Both the position numbers and the translations under genes were made by a program. Positions 27,719-38,226 of a stretch of 64,000 nt of DNA are shown in pieces. The first letter of the stretch is position 1, and the number at the start of each line of letters is the position of its first letter. This DNA is from Candidatus Poribacteria bacterium (GTDB taxonomy: Bacteria; Poribacteria; WGA-4E; PCPOR2b). The notes below the pieces were generated by a model that saw nothing but the letters and a program-made list of their open reading frames with translations, did not search any database and had not been told where the DNA came from. The stretch is from the NCBI GenBank assembly GCA_965215015.1, contig OZ244042.1, positions 4,128,001-4,192,000 of the forward strand, read 5' to 3'.

Positions 27719-29968
27719 TTATTCCTTGACCGCAATAATCTCTGAAGTCTGCTGTTGCAGCTGCACCAGTTCATGGAAAATCCCTTTTTTTTCGATCAGG
27801 TCGCTATGGGTTCCCATCTCAACGATACGGCCTCCTTCAAGTATAACCAATCGATCTGCATTTCGTAGCGTTGATAGGCGGTGGGCAATTGCGAAGGTAG
27901 TTCGCCCTTGAGTCAACCGCGCAATGGCTTCCTGAATTTGCTTCTCCGTCTCCACATCCACCGATGAAGTCGCTTCATCAAGGATGAGGATTTTGGGATC
28001 GTGAAGAATGGCGCGAGCGATAGCGACACGCTGTTTTTCTCCTCCCGACAGCTCCCCTCCTCGCTCTCCGACTTGGGTATCGTAACCATCGGATTTACTA
28101 ACAATAAAGTTGTGAGCATTCGCTGCGATAGCCGCCTCCATAATCTCCTCAAGCCTTGCCCCGGGTTTGCCGTAGCTGATATTCTCCGCAACCGTGCCGC
28201 TGAACAAGAATGGCTCCTGCGGCACGATGCCAATTTGACGCCGCAAATCCTCAAGCTGAATTTTCTGGATAGGTACGCCATCAACCTCAATTATGCCTTG
28301 ATCTACATTGTAGAATCGACAGATTAGATTCACGGTGGTCGTCTTGCCAACCCCCGATCTACCCACAAGGCCTACCATCTCGCCGGGGGCAACATCAAGG
28401 TCAATCTCGTGGAGAACAGGCTTGCTCTTATCGTACCCAAATGTGACATCTTTGAACGTTACATGACCTTTAATGCTGGATATTGAGTGGGCATTGGGGT
28501 CTTTGTACGCTTCGGCTGGCGTGTCAATGACCTCAAAAATGCGCTCGGCCCCGGCAAATGCCCGTGTCATCCAACTGTTGACCTCTCCAAACCACTCTAT
28601 GGGATCATAGAGCATCCACATGTAAGCGTAAAACGCCAACAGCGTTCCTAACGTCAGGGCGTCTTTAATAACCTCCCGTCCACCGAAAAGCCACACAACC
28701 AGTATCCCAAAACTGGTCAAGAGGGTTGTTGTGGCGAAGAAAATCTCCCAGTTAATCTCCGTCCGAATGGCAAGTTGCCGGATTTTTTGGTTCTGCACTC
28801 CAAATGCAGCAATTTCTCTCACCTCTTGGGCAAAGGCTTTGACCACGCGGATACCGGATAACGTCTCATTCACTGTCGTCATAATATCTGACCAAGCCTG
28901 ATCCCATTTATTGAAGTAGAGCCGCATCCGTCTCCAGAAGATAACACCCCACCCCATCATAAATGGGATCGGTACAAGGATAAGCAGGGCTAACAGCCAG
29001 TGCATCCAAAATAGAATGCCTAAAATGCCAATAATCATTAAGGCATTGATGACTAGGTAGGGCAGCCCTTCCACCAAAAATTCCTGTAGCCTTCCAGCAT
29101 CCCTAGTCACACGGGACATTACCGCACCGACCTGCCGTCTATCGTAGAATTGCAGCGAAAGCAACTCAAGCTGTTGATAAAGCCGGTTTCGGATATCGGC
29201 GGTGATGCGTGCTCCTAACCAACTCACTGTCCAACCGTGTGCCCATTCCATCCCCCAGTTCAACACACGTATACCGACCATAGCAAGTACCAGTAAACCG
29301 AGCAGCGTCAGCCGTTCGGACATGCTATTGGTGTTTCCTTCCTTAGGCACCAAAACACCATCCACTATTTGTCGGGTGAGCATTGGAGGGATTACTGCCG
29401 TGCCCATGCCTATCAGGGAAACGACTGCTAAGAGGATGGCATGTCCTTTGTAAGGTTTCAGGTAGCTGGCGATGCGCTGCAACGTTGCAAGCCGCCGTAT
29501 ACAGGCAGGACAGATACCGTTCTTTTCAGGGAGAAGTCTGCCACACTTTTCGCATCGCCTACGCTCGAGCTGCGTGTTAATTAGGAAAGTTTCTCCCTTG
29601 CGGAGCTGCTCAATCCCCCGTGTAACTTCAGAAAACTTTTCTGCGAGAGAGCTGGAATAAGGGACCGTAGCAGTTGCTTTGTCCTTGCGCTCAATAGTCA
29701 GGCATCCACCTCCAACGAGTGCTTCGGTCTGCACAAGGGTCAACTCCTCAATCGGTATATCAATAATATCATCAAGGCCCTCCGTCAGAACAATCAGGAG
29801 ACGCCTATCCGTAACAACTACCCACTGCGTCCCAAACTTCCCTTCCTGATTCAAATCAGTAGAGACCCGGATTAATTCCTCCTCTTCCGCGGGGAGAAGC
29901 CCTCTAATCTTCGCTCTAACCGAATGCGGCATCGATTCAAGTAATTTCGTTCTCATAAGCTTCATCAA
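27719..29968 (-). CDS. ABC exporter (fused TMD-NBD) with N-terminal PH-like and zinc-ribbon extension
   Basis: Walker A GRSGVGKT, LSGGEKQR, ILDEATS, AHRLST; N-terminal CEKC...CPAC. Confidence 0.9.
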   Translation of the reverse strand: MMKLMRTKLLESMPHSVRAKIRGLLPAEEEELIRVSTDLNQEGKFGTQWVVVTDRRLLIVLTEGLDDIIDIPIEELTLVQTEALVGGGCLTIERKDKATATVPYSSSLAEKFSEVTRGIEQLRKGETFLINTQLERRRCEKCGRLLPEKNGICPACIRRLATLQRIASYLKPYKGHAILLAVVSLIGMGTAVIPPMLTRQIVDGVLVPKEGNTNSMSERLTLLGLLVLAMVGIRVLNWGMEWAHGWTVSWLGARITADIRNRLYQQLELLSLQFYDRRQVGAVMSRVTRDAGRLQEFLVEGLPYLVINALMIIGILGILFWMHWLLALLILVPIPFMMGWGVIFWRRMRLYFNKWDQAWSDIMTTVNETLSGIRVVKAFAQEVREIAAFGVQNQKIRQLAIRTEINWEIFFATTTLLTSFGILVVWLFGGREVIKDALTLGTLLAFYAYMWMLYDPIEWFGEVNSWMTRAFAGAERIFEVIDTPAEAYKDPNAHSISSIKGHVTFKDVTFGYDKSKPVLHEIDLDVAPGEMVGLVGRSGVGKTTTVNLICRFYNVDQGIIEVDGVPIQKIQLEDLRRQIGIVPQEPFLFSGTVAENISYGKPGARLEEIMEAAIAANAHNFIVSKSDGYDTQVGERGGELSGGEKQRVAIARAILHDPKILILDEATSSVDVETEKQIQEAIARLTQGRTTFAIAHRLSTLRNADRLVILEGGRIVEMGTHSDLIEKKGIFHELVQLQQQTSEIIAVKE

Positions 29969-30205
29969 CTGTGTGTTTGGATATATGATATAACTTTACT
30001 TAATCCGTTGCCTCCGGATTTCTTCAACGAAAAGTGTAAGGATTTTTCCTTCGTTTGCCACATCAAAATTATACCATTTCTGGACGGCTACATGTGCCAG
30101 AAATTCTCTTGAATCCTTTTTGTTCTTTTTGCTTTAGTAAGATGAAGCGTGATATAATTATAAAATGGTCAATCATAGTGGAAATTCTTTAACCTCAACT
30201 AAAAA

Positions 30206-31339
30206 TTGATGGAGTCATCCTTGTCCAAACACTGCCAATGGTCAACGACTGATCGAAAATTTATGGAACACGCCCTAGCGTTAGCGGAGAAGGCGCGGGG
30301 ACGCACTAGCCCGAATCCTCTGGTCGGCGCGGTGATTGTTCGGAAGGGTGAAATTGTCGGCGAAGGTTATCACCAAAAGGCCGGGGAAGCCCACGCCGAA
30401 ATTCATGCACTGAATCAGGCAAAAGAGCTGGCAGAGGGCGCGACGATGTACGTCACGCTGGAGCCGTGCTGTCATTGGGGACGGACCCCGGCCTGCACCG
30501 AAGCCCTTATCCATGCGAAGCTATCCAATATCTTCGTCGCAATGACAGATCCAAACCCGCGGGTCGCTGGTAATGGCATAGGTCAGCTTGAAGAAGCGGG
30601 AATAAGGGTTCAGGTTGGTCTCTGTGAGAGAGAAGCAAAACAACTTAACGAAATATTCATCAAATATATCACGACACAACACCCTTTTGTCATCCTCAAA
30701 TCCGCAATCAGCCTAGATGGGAAAATTGCCACTGCTTCGGATGAATCCCAGTGGATTACCTCGGAGGCATCACGAATGAAGGGACATGAGATTCGCGCTC
30801 AGGTTGATGTGATTCTCGTCGGTGTTGGCACCGTACTGCAAGACAACCCATCGTTGACTACACGTCTACCGGGGAGGAAGGACGAAGATCCGATCCGTAT
30901 TGTCGTTGATTCGCATGGTCGCACACCACTAGGGGCGAAAATCTTCAATTCAGAGAGCAATGCAGGGACACTAATCGCCGTGACAGAAAATACGCCTTCA
31001 GAGAAAATCGAAGCCTTGGAATCCGCCGGTGCCGATGTACTAATCGTTGAAGCGAAAAGTGGACGGGTCTGTTTAAGTACATTAATGCAAGAACTTGGGC
31101 ATAGGGGAATCACGAGCGTGTTGATTGAAGGCGGCGGAGAAATCAATGCTGCTGCCTTACAAGCGGGAATTGTTGATAAACTGATGTTCTTTGTTGCGCC
31201 AAAATTGATTGGTGGCAAAGATGCACCGGGTCCAATTGGTGGCGTAGGAATTGCCCGCTTGGCTGAAGCATTTGAGCTCCGTAACGTAAAAATCACTCAA
31301 ATCGGGGTAGATTTTTTAATTGAAGGATATTTGTCGTAG
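30206..31339 (+). CDS. ribD: Bifunctional diaminohydroxyphosphoribosylaminopyrimidine deaminase/reductase
   Basis: PNPLVG, HAE, TLEPCCH, SLDGKIA, EGGG. Confidence 0.95.
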   Translation: MMESSLSKHCQWSTTDRKFMEHALALAEKARGRTSPNPLVGAVIVRKGEIVGEGYHQKAGEAHAEIHALNQAKELAEGATMYVTLEPCCHWGRTPACTEALIHAKLSNIFVAMTDPNPRVAGNGIGQLEEAGIRVQVGLCEREAKQLNEIFIKYITTQHPFVILKSAISLDGKIATASDESQWITSEASRMKGHEIRAQVDVILVGVGTVLQDNPSLTTRLPGRKDEDPIRIVVDSHGRTPLGAKIFNSESNAGTLIAVTENTPSEKIEALESAGADVLIVEAKSGRVCLSTLMQELGHRGITSVLIEGGGEINAAALQAGIVDKLMFFVAPKLIGGKDAPGPIGGVGIARLAEAFELRNVKITQIGVDFLIEGYLS

Positions 31340-31360
31340 TGCTATCCAAAGGGAAATGAA

Positions 31361-31789
31361 TTGATGAAAAGATACGAATATCTAGAGCATACCGGCGATA
31401 TCGGAATCCGCGCTTATGGAGCCACGCTAGAAGAACTATTCATCAATGCAGCGCAAGGGTTGCTTGGGGCTATCGCAGATCTCAGCACGGTTGGCACAAC
31501 GACACACACTGAAATTGAGGTGTCGGCGGAATCTCTTGAAGAATTGATGGTGGCCTGGCTGGATGAATTAAATTTTCGGCATGAGGTTGAGGAGGTTTTC
31601 TTTCAGCGGGTTGAGATTCTGGCAATCTTTGAAGCCCCGTACCAGCTAACAGCGATTGCCTATGGCGAGCCGGTGGATTTTGCAAAGCACATCGTTTATA
31701 CAGAGATTAAGAGTATCACTTATCACCAATTAATCGTTGAATCCGCTCCGGATAATCGCTGGATGGCACAGGTGATTTTCGATCTATAA
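31361..31789 (+). CDS. Archease
   Basis: YEYLEHTGDIG, EIKSITYH, VIFDL C-terminus. Confidence 0.9.
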   Translation: MMKRYEYLEHTGDIGIRAYGATLEELFINAAQGLLGAIADLSTVGTTTHTEIEVSAESLEELMVAWLDELNFRHEVEEVFFQRVEILAIFEAPYQLTAIAYGEPVDFAKHIVYTEIKSITYHQLIVESAPDNRWMAQVIFDL

Positions 31790-31803
31790 TAACCTAAGTT
31801 GCT

Positions 31804-31831
31804 AGTAGTAAGCATACGCCGTATGCCGTAA
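31804..31831. repeat. REP-like GTAG repeat between convergent genes
   Basis: AGTAGTAAGCATACGCCGTATGCCGTAA, related to 22737 and 47578. Confidence 0.6.
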
Positions 31832-31858
31832 TCTCTGTATATCAGTTGGTCAAGTTAC

Positions 31859-33529
31859 TTATGCTCGCATAACGACGGGGAGTACCATCGGTCGTCGATT
31901 CGTTTTCTTTTTGAAAAATCGTCGCAGCACCACCCGAATCTCCTCCTGCACTGTTTCGGCTTCACTCTTGCCCTCTGGGCTCAGGTGGTTGATTGCATGG
32001 ACAACTATCTCTTTGGCCTCGTTCATTAAATCTTCAGATTCATCCATGTGGACAAACCCTTTCGATACCATGTCCGGCCCCGCAGTAACTTCACCGCTAT
32101 TACTGTTGAGAACGACAATCGGAATAACCATACCATCTCGAGCGAGTTGCTGACGATCATGCACCACTATGTTCTCAACCCCCATATCAATCTTTCCATC
32201 TACGAGAACGCGCCCTGCCGGCACCCTTCCCTGAACACCACAGAAATCAGGAGTTAGGGTGATTAAATCTCCATCTTCAGCAACAGTAATATTGTCCGAA
32301 GGCATCCCAACTTCCTCTGCAAGTTCGGCATGTTGTACGAGATTGCTGTATTCACCGTGTGCGGGGATAAAAAACTTAGGGCGAACGAGGTTCATCATTA
32401 ATTTCAGATCTTCCTGTGCACCATGCCCCGAAACGTGAACATTGGCGTTCCTTTCATGTAAGACATGTGCACCACGACGCAGCAGGTGGTTAATCATGTT
32501 CCCGACAGATTGTTCGTTACCGGGGATAATCCTCGCTGAAATTATAACGGTATCCCCCGGCTCAATATGCAAAAACGCATGGTCATCTTTTGCAATGAGT
32601 GCCATTGCCGATCTCGGTTCACCCTGGCTGCCGGTGCTAAGCACAGCAACCTCATGGGGGGCAAAACGATTGACTTCACGCGCATCAATCAGGAGATTAT
32701 GCGGAACATCTAAGTACCCTAACTCGGAAGCAGTTCGGATGTTATTAATCATTGAACGTCCGGTGACAGCGATTAGGCGGCGGTGTTCAACTGCGAGCTC
32801 TATAAATTGTTGGACGCGATGGATACCCGACGAAAAGGTAGCAAGAAAAAGCCCACCTGTGGTTCTTTGAAACACCCCATTTAGGTCGGAATAGATTGAA
32901 CGTTCGGAGGGAGTAAAGCCTGGGCGGTCTGTGTTAGTACTATCAGAGATAAGCAGTAGAACTCCCTTCTCGCCGAGCGCAGCAAGTTTGTAAATCTCAG
33001 TCAAGTAATTGTCAACAGGGGTTTGGTCGAACTTGAAATCACTCGCGTGGACAATAATTCCGATGGGTGAGTGAATGGCAACCGCAACCGTGTCAGGGAT
33101 ACTGTGCACAACATGAATAAACTCTAGGGTAAAACAACCCAGCTGCAGCGTGTCATCAGGATCTATGACGTTTAACTCTGCGATAGCTAAAACGCCATAT
33201 TCGCGTAGCCTTCCTTTCGCTAGAGCGAGCGTTAATTTGGTGCCGTAAATAGGTACATTAATCTGGCGGAGAAAGAATGCTAGCCCCCCCACATGGTCCT
33301 CATGTGCATGGGTGATGATGATACCCTTAATTTTATCTCGATTTTCGCGCAGGTATGTGAGGTCCGGGAAAACCAAATCTACGCCGGGCATATTCGCTTC
33401 CGGGAACATTAGCCCGGCATCAACAACGATGATGTCGTCGCCATATTGGTACAACATCATGTTTAAACCAAACTCCCCTAATCCGCCGATGGGAACAATT
33501 GATACACCTTCGTCTCGATTTTCAGACAT
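31859..33529 (-). CDS. rnj: Ribonuclease J
   Basis: GGLGEFGLN, THAHEDHVG, GSQGEP, HVSGH, PAHGE. Confidence 0.95.
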   Translation of the reverse strand: MSENRDEGVSIVPIGGLGEFGLNMMLYQYGDDIIVVDAGLMFPEANMPGVDLVFPDLTYLRENRDKIKGIIITHAHEDHVGGLAFFLRQINVPIYGTKLTLALAKGRLREYGVLAIAELNVIDPDDTLQLGCFTLEFIHVVHSIPDTVAVAIHSPIGIIVHASDFKFDQTPVDNYLTEIYKLAALGEKGVLLLISDSTNTDRPGFTPSERSIYSDLNGVFQRTTGGLFLATFSSGIHRVQQFIELAVEHRRLIAVTGRSMINNIRTASELGYLDVPHNLLIDAREVNRFAPHEVAVLSTGSQGEPRSAMALIAKDDHAFLHIEPGDTVIISARIIPGNEQSVGNMINHLLRRGAHVLHERNANVHVSGHGAQEDLKLMMNLVRPKFFIPAHGEYSNLVQHAELAEEVGMPSDNITVAEDGDLITLTPDFCGVQGRVPAGRVLVDGKIDMGVENIVVHDRQQLARDGMVIPIVVLNSNSGEVTAGPDMVSKGFVHMDESEDLMNEAKEIVVHAINHLSPEGKSEAETVQEEIRVVLRRFFKKKTNRRPMVLPVVMRA

Positions 33530-33651
33530 TACGAATGAAATACCTCCAGATTAGTTCTTGAGCAATTTTATCTTATAGTTACGGGTTGGCTGTGCCTATG
33601 ATTGATAACTGGTAAGGACAAAAGTGCTTTACTGTTAATCAGAAATCGTTG

Positions 33652-34692
33652 CTATAAAGAAATCCTTGTCAATTGCGGTTCCCCTTGCCCAATAGGACCG
33701 AAGCCGAACGTCGTAGATTCAACGTGCATTTGTATATCATTGATGACTTCAACAATTTCTTCATAACTCTTGAGAGTCACTAATTTGCCTCGGTATGCTT
33801 TGACATTTGGTATCCCTTTTAGGTAATTCTTATAGTGCCTTCTCATCTCTAAAACGCCATGCCTCGATCCTTTCCATTCAATAGAGAGTTCTAAATGCTT
33901 TCTTAAGATACTCAAGCACTCCTTGATGGAAGGGGGATCAAGCAGTTGTCCTGTCGAGAAATAGTGTTTAACTTCTCTAAAGATCCATGGATAACCGATC
34001 GCCGCTCGGCCAACCATTATTCCATCCACGCCGTATTTTTGACGCATCCTCTGTGCCTTCTGCGGGGTATCCACATCCCCATTGCCAAAAACGGGAATTG
34101 TCATGCGAGGATTATTTTTAATTTCACCAATCAATGTCCAATCGGCATTCCCTTTATACATCTGCACGCGGGTGCGCCCATGAATCGTAATCGCTTGGAT
34201 ACCCACATCTTGCAATCTCTCTGCAACCTCAACAATGTATTGTGTCTTCTCATCCCAACCGAGCCGAGTTTTGACGGTTACAGGCACAGTTGTAGATTTG
34301 ACTATTTCGTGGGTCATCCTAACCATCTTCGGAACATCGCGCAATATCCCCGCCCCTGCCCCTTTACATGCAACTTTCTTGACAGGACAGCCATAGTTGA
34401 TGTCAATTAGATCAGGATTCACCTGTTCCGCAATCCCGACCGCCGCTTTCATTGACTCAATATCGCTTCCAAAGATTTGAATTCCTATCGGGCGTTCGGA
34501 CTCAAAGATATCCAGTTTCATGACACTCTGCCGAGCGTTTCGGATAAGCCCCTCAGAAGAGATGAACTCCGTGAACATCAAGTCTACCCCACCTTCTTTG
34601 CACATCGCACGAAAAGGTGGATCACTTACATCTTCCATCGGGGCTAATAGCAGCGGAAAACCTCCTAACGCTATATCGCCAATTTTCACCAT
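33652..34692 (-). CDS. dusB: tRNA-dihydrouridine synthase DusB
   Basis: LAPMEDVSD, DINYGCP, VTVKTR, IHGRT, GNGD, GRAAIG; ATG at 34692 preferred. Confidence 0.9.
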   Translation of the reverse strand: MVKIGDIALGGFPLLLAPMEDVSDPPFRAMCKEGGVDLMFTEFISSEGLIRNARQSVMKLDIFESERPIGIQIFGSDIESMKAAVGIAEQVNPDLIDINYGCPVKKVACKGAGAGILRDVPKMVRMTHEIVKSTTVPVTVKTRLGWDEKTQYIVEVAERLQDVGIQAITIHGRTRVQMYKGNADWTLIGEIKNNPRMTIPVFGNGDVDTPQKAQRMRQKYGVDGIMVGRAAIGYPWIFREVKHYFSTGQLLDPPSIKECLSILRKHLELSIEWKGSRHGVLEMRRHYKNYLKGIPNVKAYRGKLVTLKSYEEIVEVINDIQMHVESTTFGFGPIGQGEPQLTRISL

Positions 34693-34774
34693 AACCCGAA
34701 TCATCTCCAGTTCATAATCATGCCCATGCGGCATCACCAATCGGGGCGTCAACTTAATTAAAAATAAACATTAA

Positions 34775-34803
34775 ATTATAAACACTTATTGAACGTTTGT
34801 CAA
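34775..34803 (-). promoter_or_regulatory. Sigma70 promoter for dusB
   Basis: Minus strand reads TTGACA-17 bp-TATAAT. Confidence 0.7.
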
Positions 34804-34912
34804 ACCGGAAATGAAATGTACGAAAATTTACGGGCAAAGTGAATGATGTGGATGTTAAAATAACGTGAGTTACTGCGCGCGGTGTTTAACCACTTCAGAA
34901 AGGAAGCATTGA

Positions 34913-37039
34913 TTGGAACCCAAATCTATGTATTTCAAATTTTATATGTTAGTCCTTATATTTTTCTTTTTTTTGATTTATCCCTGTGTAGCCGCACCAC
35001 CGAACCCCTATCTTTTCTACAATTACAATTCTGTTACAAACAATTGGACACCAAAGTCTCCCACAAGTGAGGATCAGTTCCTCAATGCGTTACATGGCTG
35101 CTGTTTCGTTCGTGAACAGAGCGTTTTACAAGACGACGGCATCGAGTTCGTTTTGGCAATTAAAATTGATTTTTCGGATCAACCCGGTCAACGTCCGGGG
35201 GAAGCGTTTGATCAATACCTTTTTGCGGCCGAAGGTGTTTCTCTGAAAACCTACTACAGGGAAGTTTCTTACGAACAAATGGACATACAGCCCGGACCAA
35301 CGGGGGGAGTTGTTCCGAAAGGCAACCAATGGGTTCGTGCACAAGAACCAATGAGTTATTACGGTGAGGGGCAGATTAACGTCAGACGTTCCCGAGAGCT
35401 TGTCCGTGAAGCGTGTACAGGGGTGGACGACATGGTGGATTTCTCGATGTATGACCGTGATAAGGATGGCGTGGTGGATCACGTTTTCGTTATCCATTCA
35501 GGCAATGACCAAGCATCAACATTAGAGATGAATGATATCTGGTCAATCCTAGTGCAGGACATTAACAGAGAATTTGATGGTGTACTTGTAAGTGCAGCTG
35601 TTCTAGTTGGCGAAGAGCCTAGTTTCGATGCACCCCATCTTGGCGTTTACTTCCACGAATTTTTCCACGATTTCGGTGCACCCGACATGTACGGTGGAAA
35701 TTTTCTCGGGCCTCTTGACCACAAGTGGGGATTAATGGGGCAGTTAGGCCCTTATCAGGGTGAAATCATCAATGGAATTGGAAATGGATTACAACCGAGT
35801 CATATCAGCGGCTATCTAAAATGGGATTTTGACGCACGTCCTGAAAACGGACGACTGGGTTGGATTCAACCTGTGGAAATTAAAGAGAATGTTTCCAACC
35901 TGTCCATACCCAGTTTTGAGCTGCCTCCACACGAGAATAAACTCTTCAAAATTAATATTCCCGGAAAAATTAACAAACTTGGGGAGGCCACAGAATTCTT
36001 TCTCATTGAAAACCGCTACCGAGAATCAGGAGCACTGTTTGATACCCGATTGCCTGAATCTGGGATTCTCATCTGGCATATTGATGAAACGGAAGTACGT
36101 CCTCCCGGGGCGATTGACGCCGCAGGTCAGGTTTGGCTTGAAGATCCAAGCGATCCAGAGCATTTCGGTATCTCGCTGGACAATCCAGATATCATAGACC
36201 TCCGCACTGTCACGGATGGCGCAGCATATTCTGCTGACGACAACCAGACATCTTTTACTCCTGCAACTCGTCCTAACAGCAACGCAAATGACGGAACAAT
36301 CTCGAAAATCTCTATCATCAACATCGGTTTTGAGGGACAGGAAATGACAATCTCCGTCGCGTTTGGAGATACCTACGAACCGAATGATAATCTGGCTGAG
36401 GCTTTTCCTATTGAGTTTGACCAAACTTATGAGTCCTTTATCTCCAGTAAAAAAGATAAGCGAGATCTCTATCGATTTAATGCTATATCGGGAGAGGCAA
36501 TTGTAGCTACCTTGACTTTCATTTCCGATACGGTTGATTATCGCTTGTCGATACTCGATGAAAGTGATCGATACATTGCTGCTGCAAAAAGGATTGGACC
36601 AACCGAACTGCAAGTTATCTTTCAAGCCGAACAAACAGATACATTTTTCGTCGCAGTCGAATCCCAATCGGGTTTTAGTGAAGTGAATTCATATCTCCTG
36701 ACCCTCAAAGCAGTTGAAACACGGTCCGGGAATCTGAAATTGACTCAAGTCCGTGCCTTTCCGAATCCGCTACGTCCTGAGCATAGCGAAGTCATCTTTT
36801 CCTACACAATCTCTGATTTCCAAGTGGCTGGAGCAGTTGATATAGAAGTTTTCAATATTGCCGGTGATCTGGTTCACACGGACACTCGCCAGAATGCCAT
36901 TGGATCTGGTCAATTCCGCTGGAATGGCAAAAATGCGGGGGATGAAGTACTCGCCACAGGGGTCTATATTTTTATTATCTCCGCGACCCAAGACCAGAAA
37001 ACAGTTCAGAAAATTGGAAAGATTAGCTTAGTCAGATAA
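34913..37039 (+). CDS. Secreted M6 (immune inhibitor A-like) metalloprotease with PPC-like and C-terminal FlgD-Ig/CTD-like domains
   Basis: Signal peptide; DFSMYDRDKDGVVD, HEFFHDFGAPDMY, EFFLIENR, GILIWHID; DTYEPND; VRAFPNP...WNGKN...LATGVY. Confidence 0.85.
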   Translation: MEPKSMYFKFYMLVLIFFFFLIYPCVAAPPNPYLFYNYNSVTNNWTPKSPTSEDQFLNALHGCCFVREQSVLQDDGIEFVLAIKIDFSDQPGQRPGEAFDQYLFAAEGVSLKTYYREVSYEQMDIQPGPTGGVVPKGNQWVRAQEPMSYYGEGQINVRRSRELVREACTGVDDMVDFSMYDRDKDGVVDHVFVIHSGNDQASTLEMNDIWSILVQDINREFDGVLVSAAVLVGEEPSFDAPHLGVYFHEFFHDFGAPDMYGGNFLGPLDHKWGLMGQLGPYQGEIINGIGNGLQPSHISGYLKWDFDARPENGRLGWIQPVEIKENVSNLSIPSFELPPHENKLFKINIPGKINKLGEATEFFLIENRYRESGALFDTRLPESGILIWHIDETEVRPPGAIDAAGQVWLEDPSDPEHFGISLDNPDIIDLRTVTDGAAYSADDNQTSFTPATRPNSNANDGTISKISIINIGFEGQEMTISVAFGDTYEPNDNLAEAFPIEFDQTYESFISSKKDKRDLYRFNAISGEAIVATLTFISDTVDYRLSILDESDRYIAAAKRIGPTELQVIFQAEQTDTFFVAVESQSGFSEVNSYLLTLKAVETRSGNLKLTQVRAFPNPLRPEHSEVIFSYTISDFQVAGAVDIEVFNIAGDLVHTDTRQNAIGSGQFRWNGKNAGDEVLATGVYIFIISATQDQKTVQKIGKISLVR

Positions 37040-37186
37040 TTCCGCCTAGGACCATTCGGAATGAAGGCGGTGGGAAAAAGCTGATTTTGCTTGGAAACTT
37101 CCCTCGTTGTATGATAATCTTGATTGACCAAGCTAAGTAAGGAAAAAACAATCAGGCAGATATTTAGGCACCTATAAGGAATTTAG

Positions 37187-38191
37187 ATGAACATTCTTGG
37201 CATTGAAACTTCGTGTGATGAAACCGCTGCAGCGGTTGTTACTAATGGCAGAGAAATTCGATCCAATATCGTTGCTTCACAGATAGAACTTCACGCAAAG
37301 TACGGTGGGATTGTCCCTGAACTCGCTTCCCGCAAACATGTCGAAGCGATTAACTACATTGTTGATCAAGCAATGAACGAAGCGGATGTGGGGTTCACCG
37401 AACTTGAGGCGATTGCCGTAACAAACCGCCCCGGTTTGATCGGTGCGCTCCTTGTCGGGGTTGCTGCTGCCAAATCACTAGCATACTGCCATAACCTACC
37501 ACTTCTGGGGATCAACCACATTGAGGGACATATCTACGCAAACTTTATGGAGCATAAGACGCTACCTTTCCCGCATGTCTGTCTCACCGTTTCAGGCGGA
37601 CACACCCTTTTGGTGGAGGTTCGGGAAGGCTGGAAGTATGAGATCCTCGGCACAACGCAGGATGACGCCGCCGGTGAGGCGTACGACAAAGTCGCTCAAT
37701 ATCTCGGACTCGGCTTCCCGGGTGGTAAGGTCATCGATGATTTAGCGAAAGAGGGCGACAGGGACGCAATCCAGTTTCCACGCCCCATGCTTGAGCGAGA
37801 TAATTACCAGTTTAGTTTCAGTGGAATTAAAACTGCTGTCCGATTTTTTGCAGAAAAAGCAAAAGCGGCGGGGACCTTGCCGCCGATTGCGGACATCGCA
37901 GCGAGTTTTCAAGCAGCGGTCGTAGAGGTGCTTGTAGGGAAAACGATCCGGGCAGCGAAAGCGAAAAACGTCAAGGCAATTACTTTGACAGGCGGCGTTG
38001 CAGCAAATAGCCAATTGCGTGAATCAATGCGTGAGGCGGGAACCAAAATCGGAGCGGAGGTTTACTACCCGCCGATTCGACTCTGCACAGACAATGGCGC
38101 GATGATTGCCGGAGTCGCTTACCACAAGTACCGAGAAGGATTAAGAGATGCCCTCAATCTGAACGCGTTTGCCTCCGGATCGATTGTATAA
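37187..38191 (+). CDS. tsaD: tRNA N6-adenosine threonylcarbamoyltransferase
   Basis: ILGIETSCDET, NHIEGH, SGGHT, DDAAGEAYDK, CTDNGAMI. Confidence 0.97.
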   Translation: MNILGIETSCDETAAAVVTNGREIRSNIVASQIELHAKYGGIVPELASRKHVEAINYIVDQAMNEADVGFTELEAIAVTNRPGLIGALLVGVAAAKSLAYCHNLPLLGINHIEGHIYANFMEHKTLPFPHVCLTVSGGHTLLVEVREGWKYEILGTTQDDAAGEAYDKVAQYLGLGFPGGKVIDDLAKEGDRDAIQFPRPMLERDNYQFSFSGIKTAVRFFAEKAKAAGTLPPIADIAASFQAAVVEVLVGKTIRAAKAKNVKAITLTGGVAANSQLRESMREAGTKIGAEVYYPPIRLCTDNGAMIAGVAYHKYREGLRDALNLNAFASGSIV

Positions 38192-38226
38192 CAGCTAAAA
38201 ACCAAACTTTTGAATTTTCAAACCCA

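Noticed and set aside
29970-30205. FMN riboswitch upstream of ribD
   Set aside because: No RFN consensus recognisable; the region looks like AT-rich divergent promoters.
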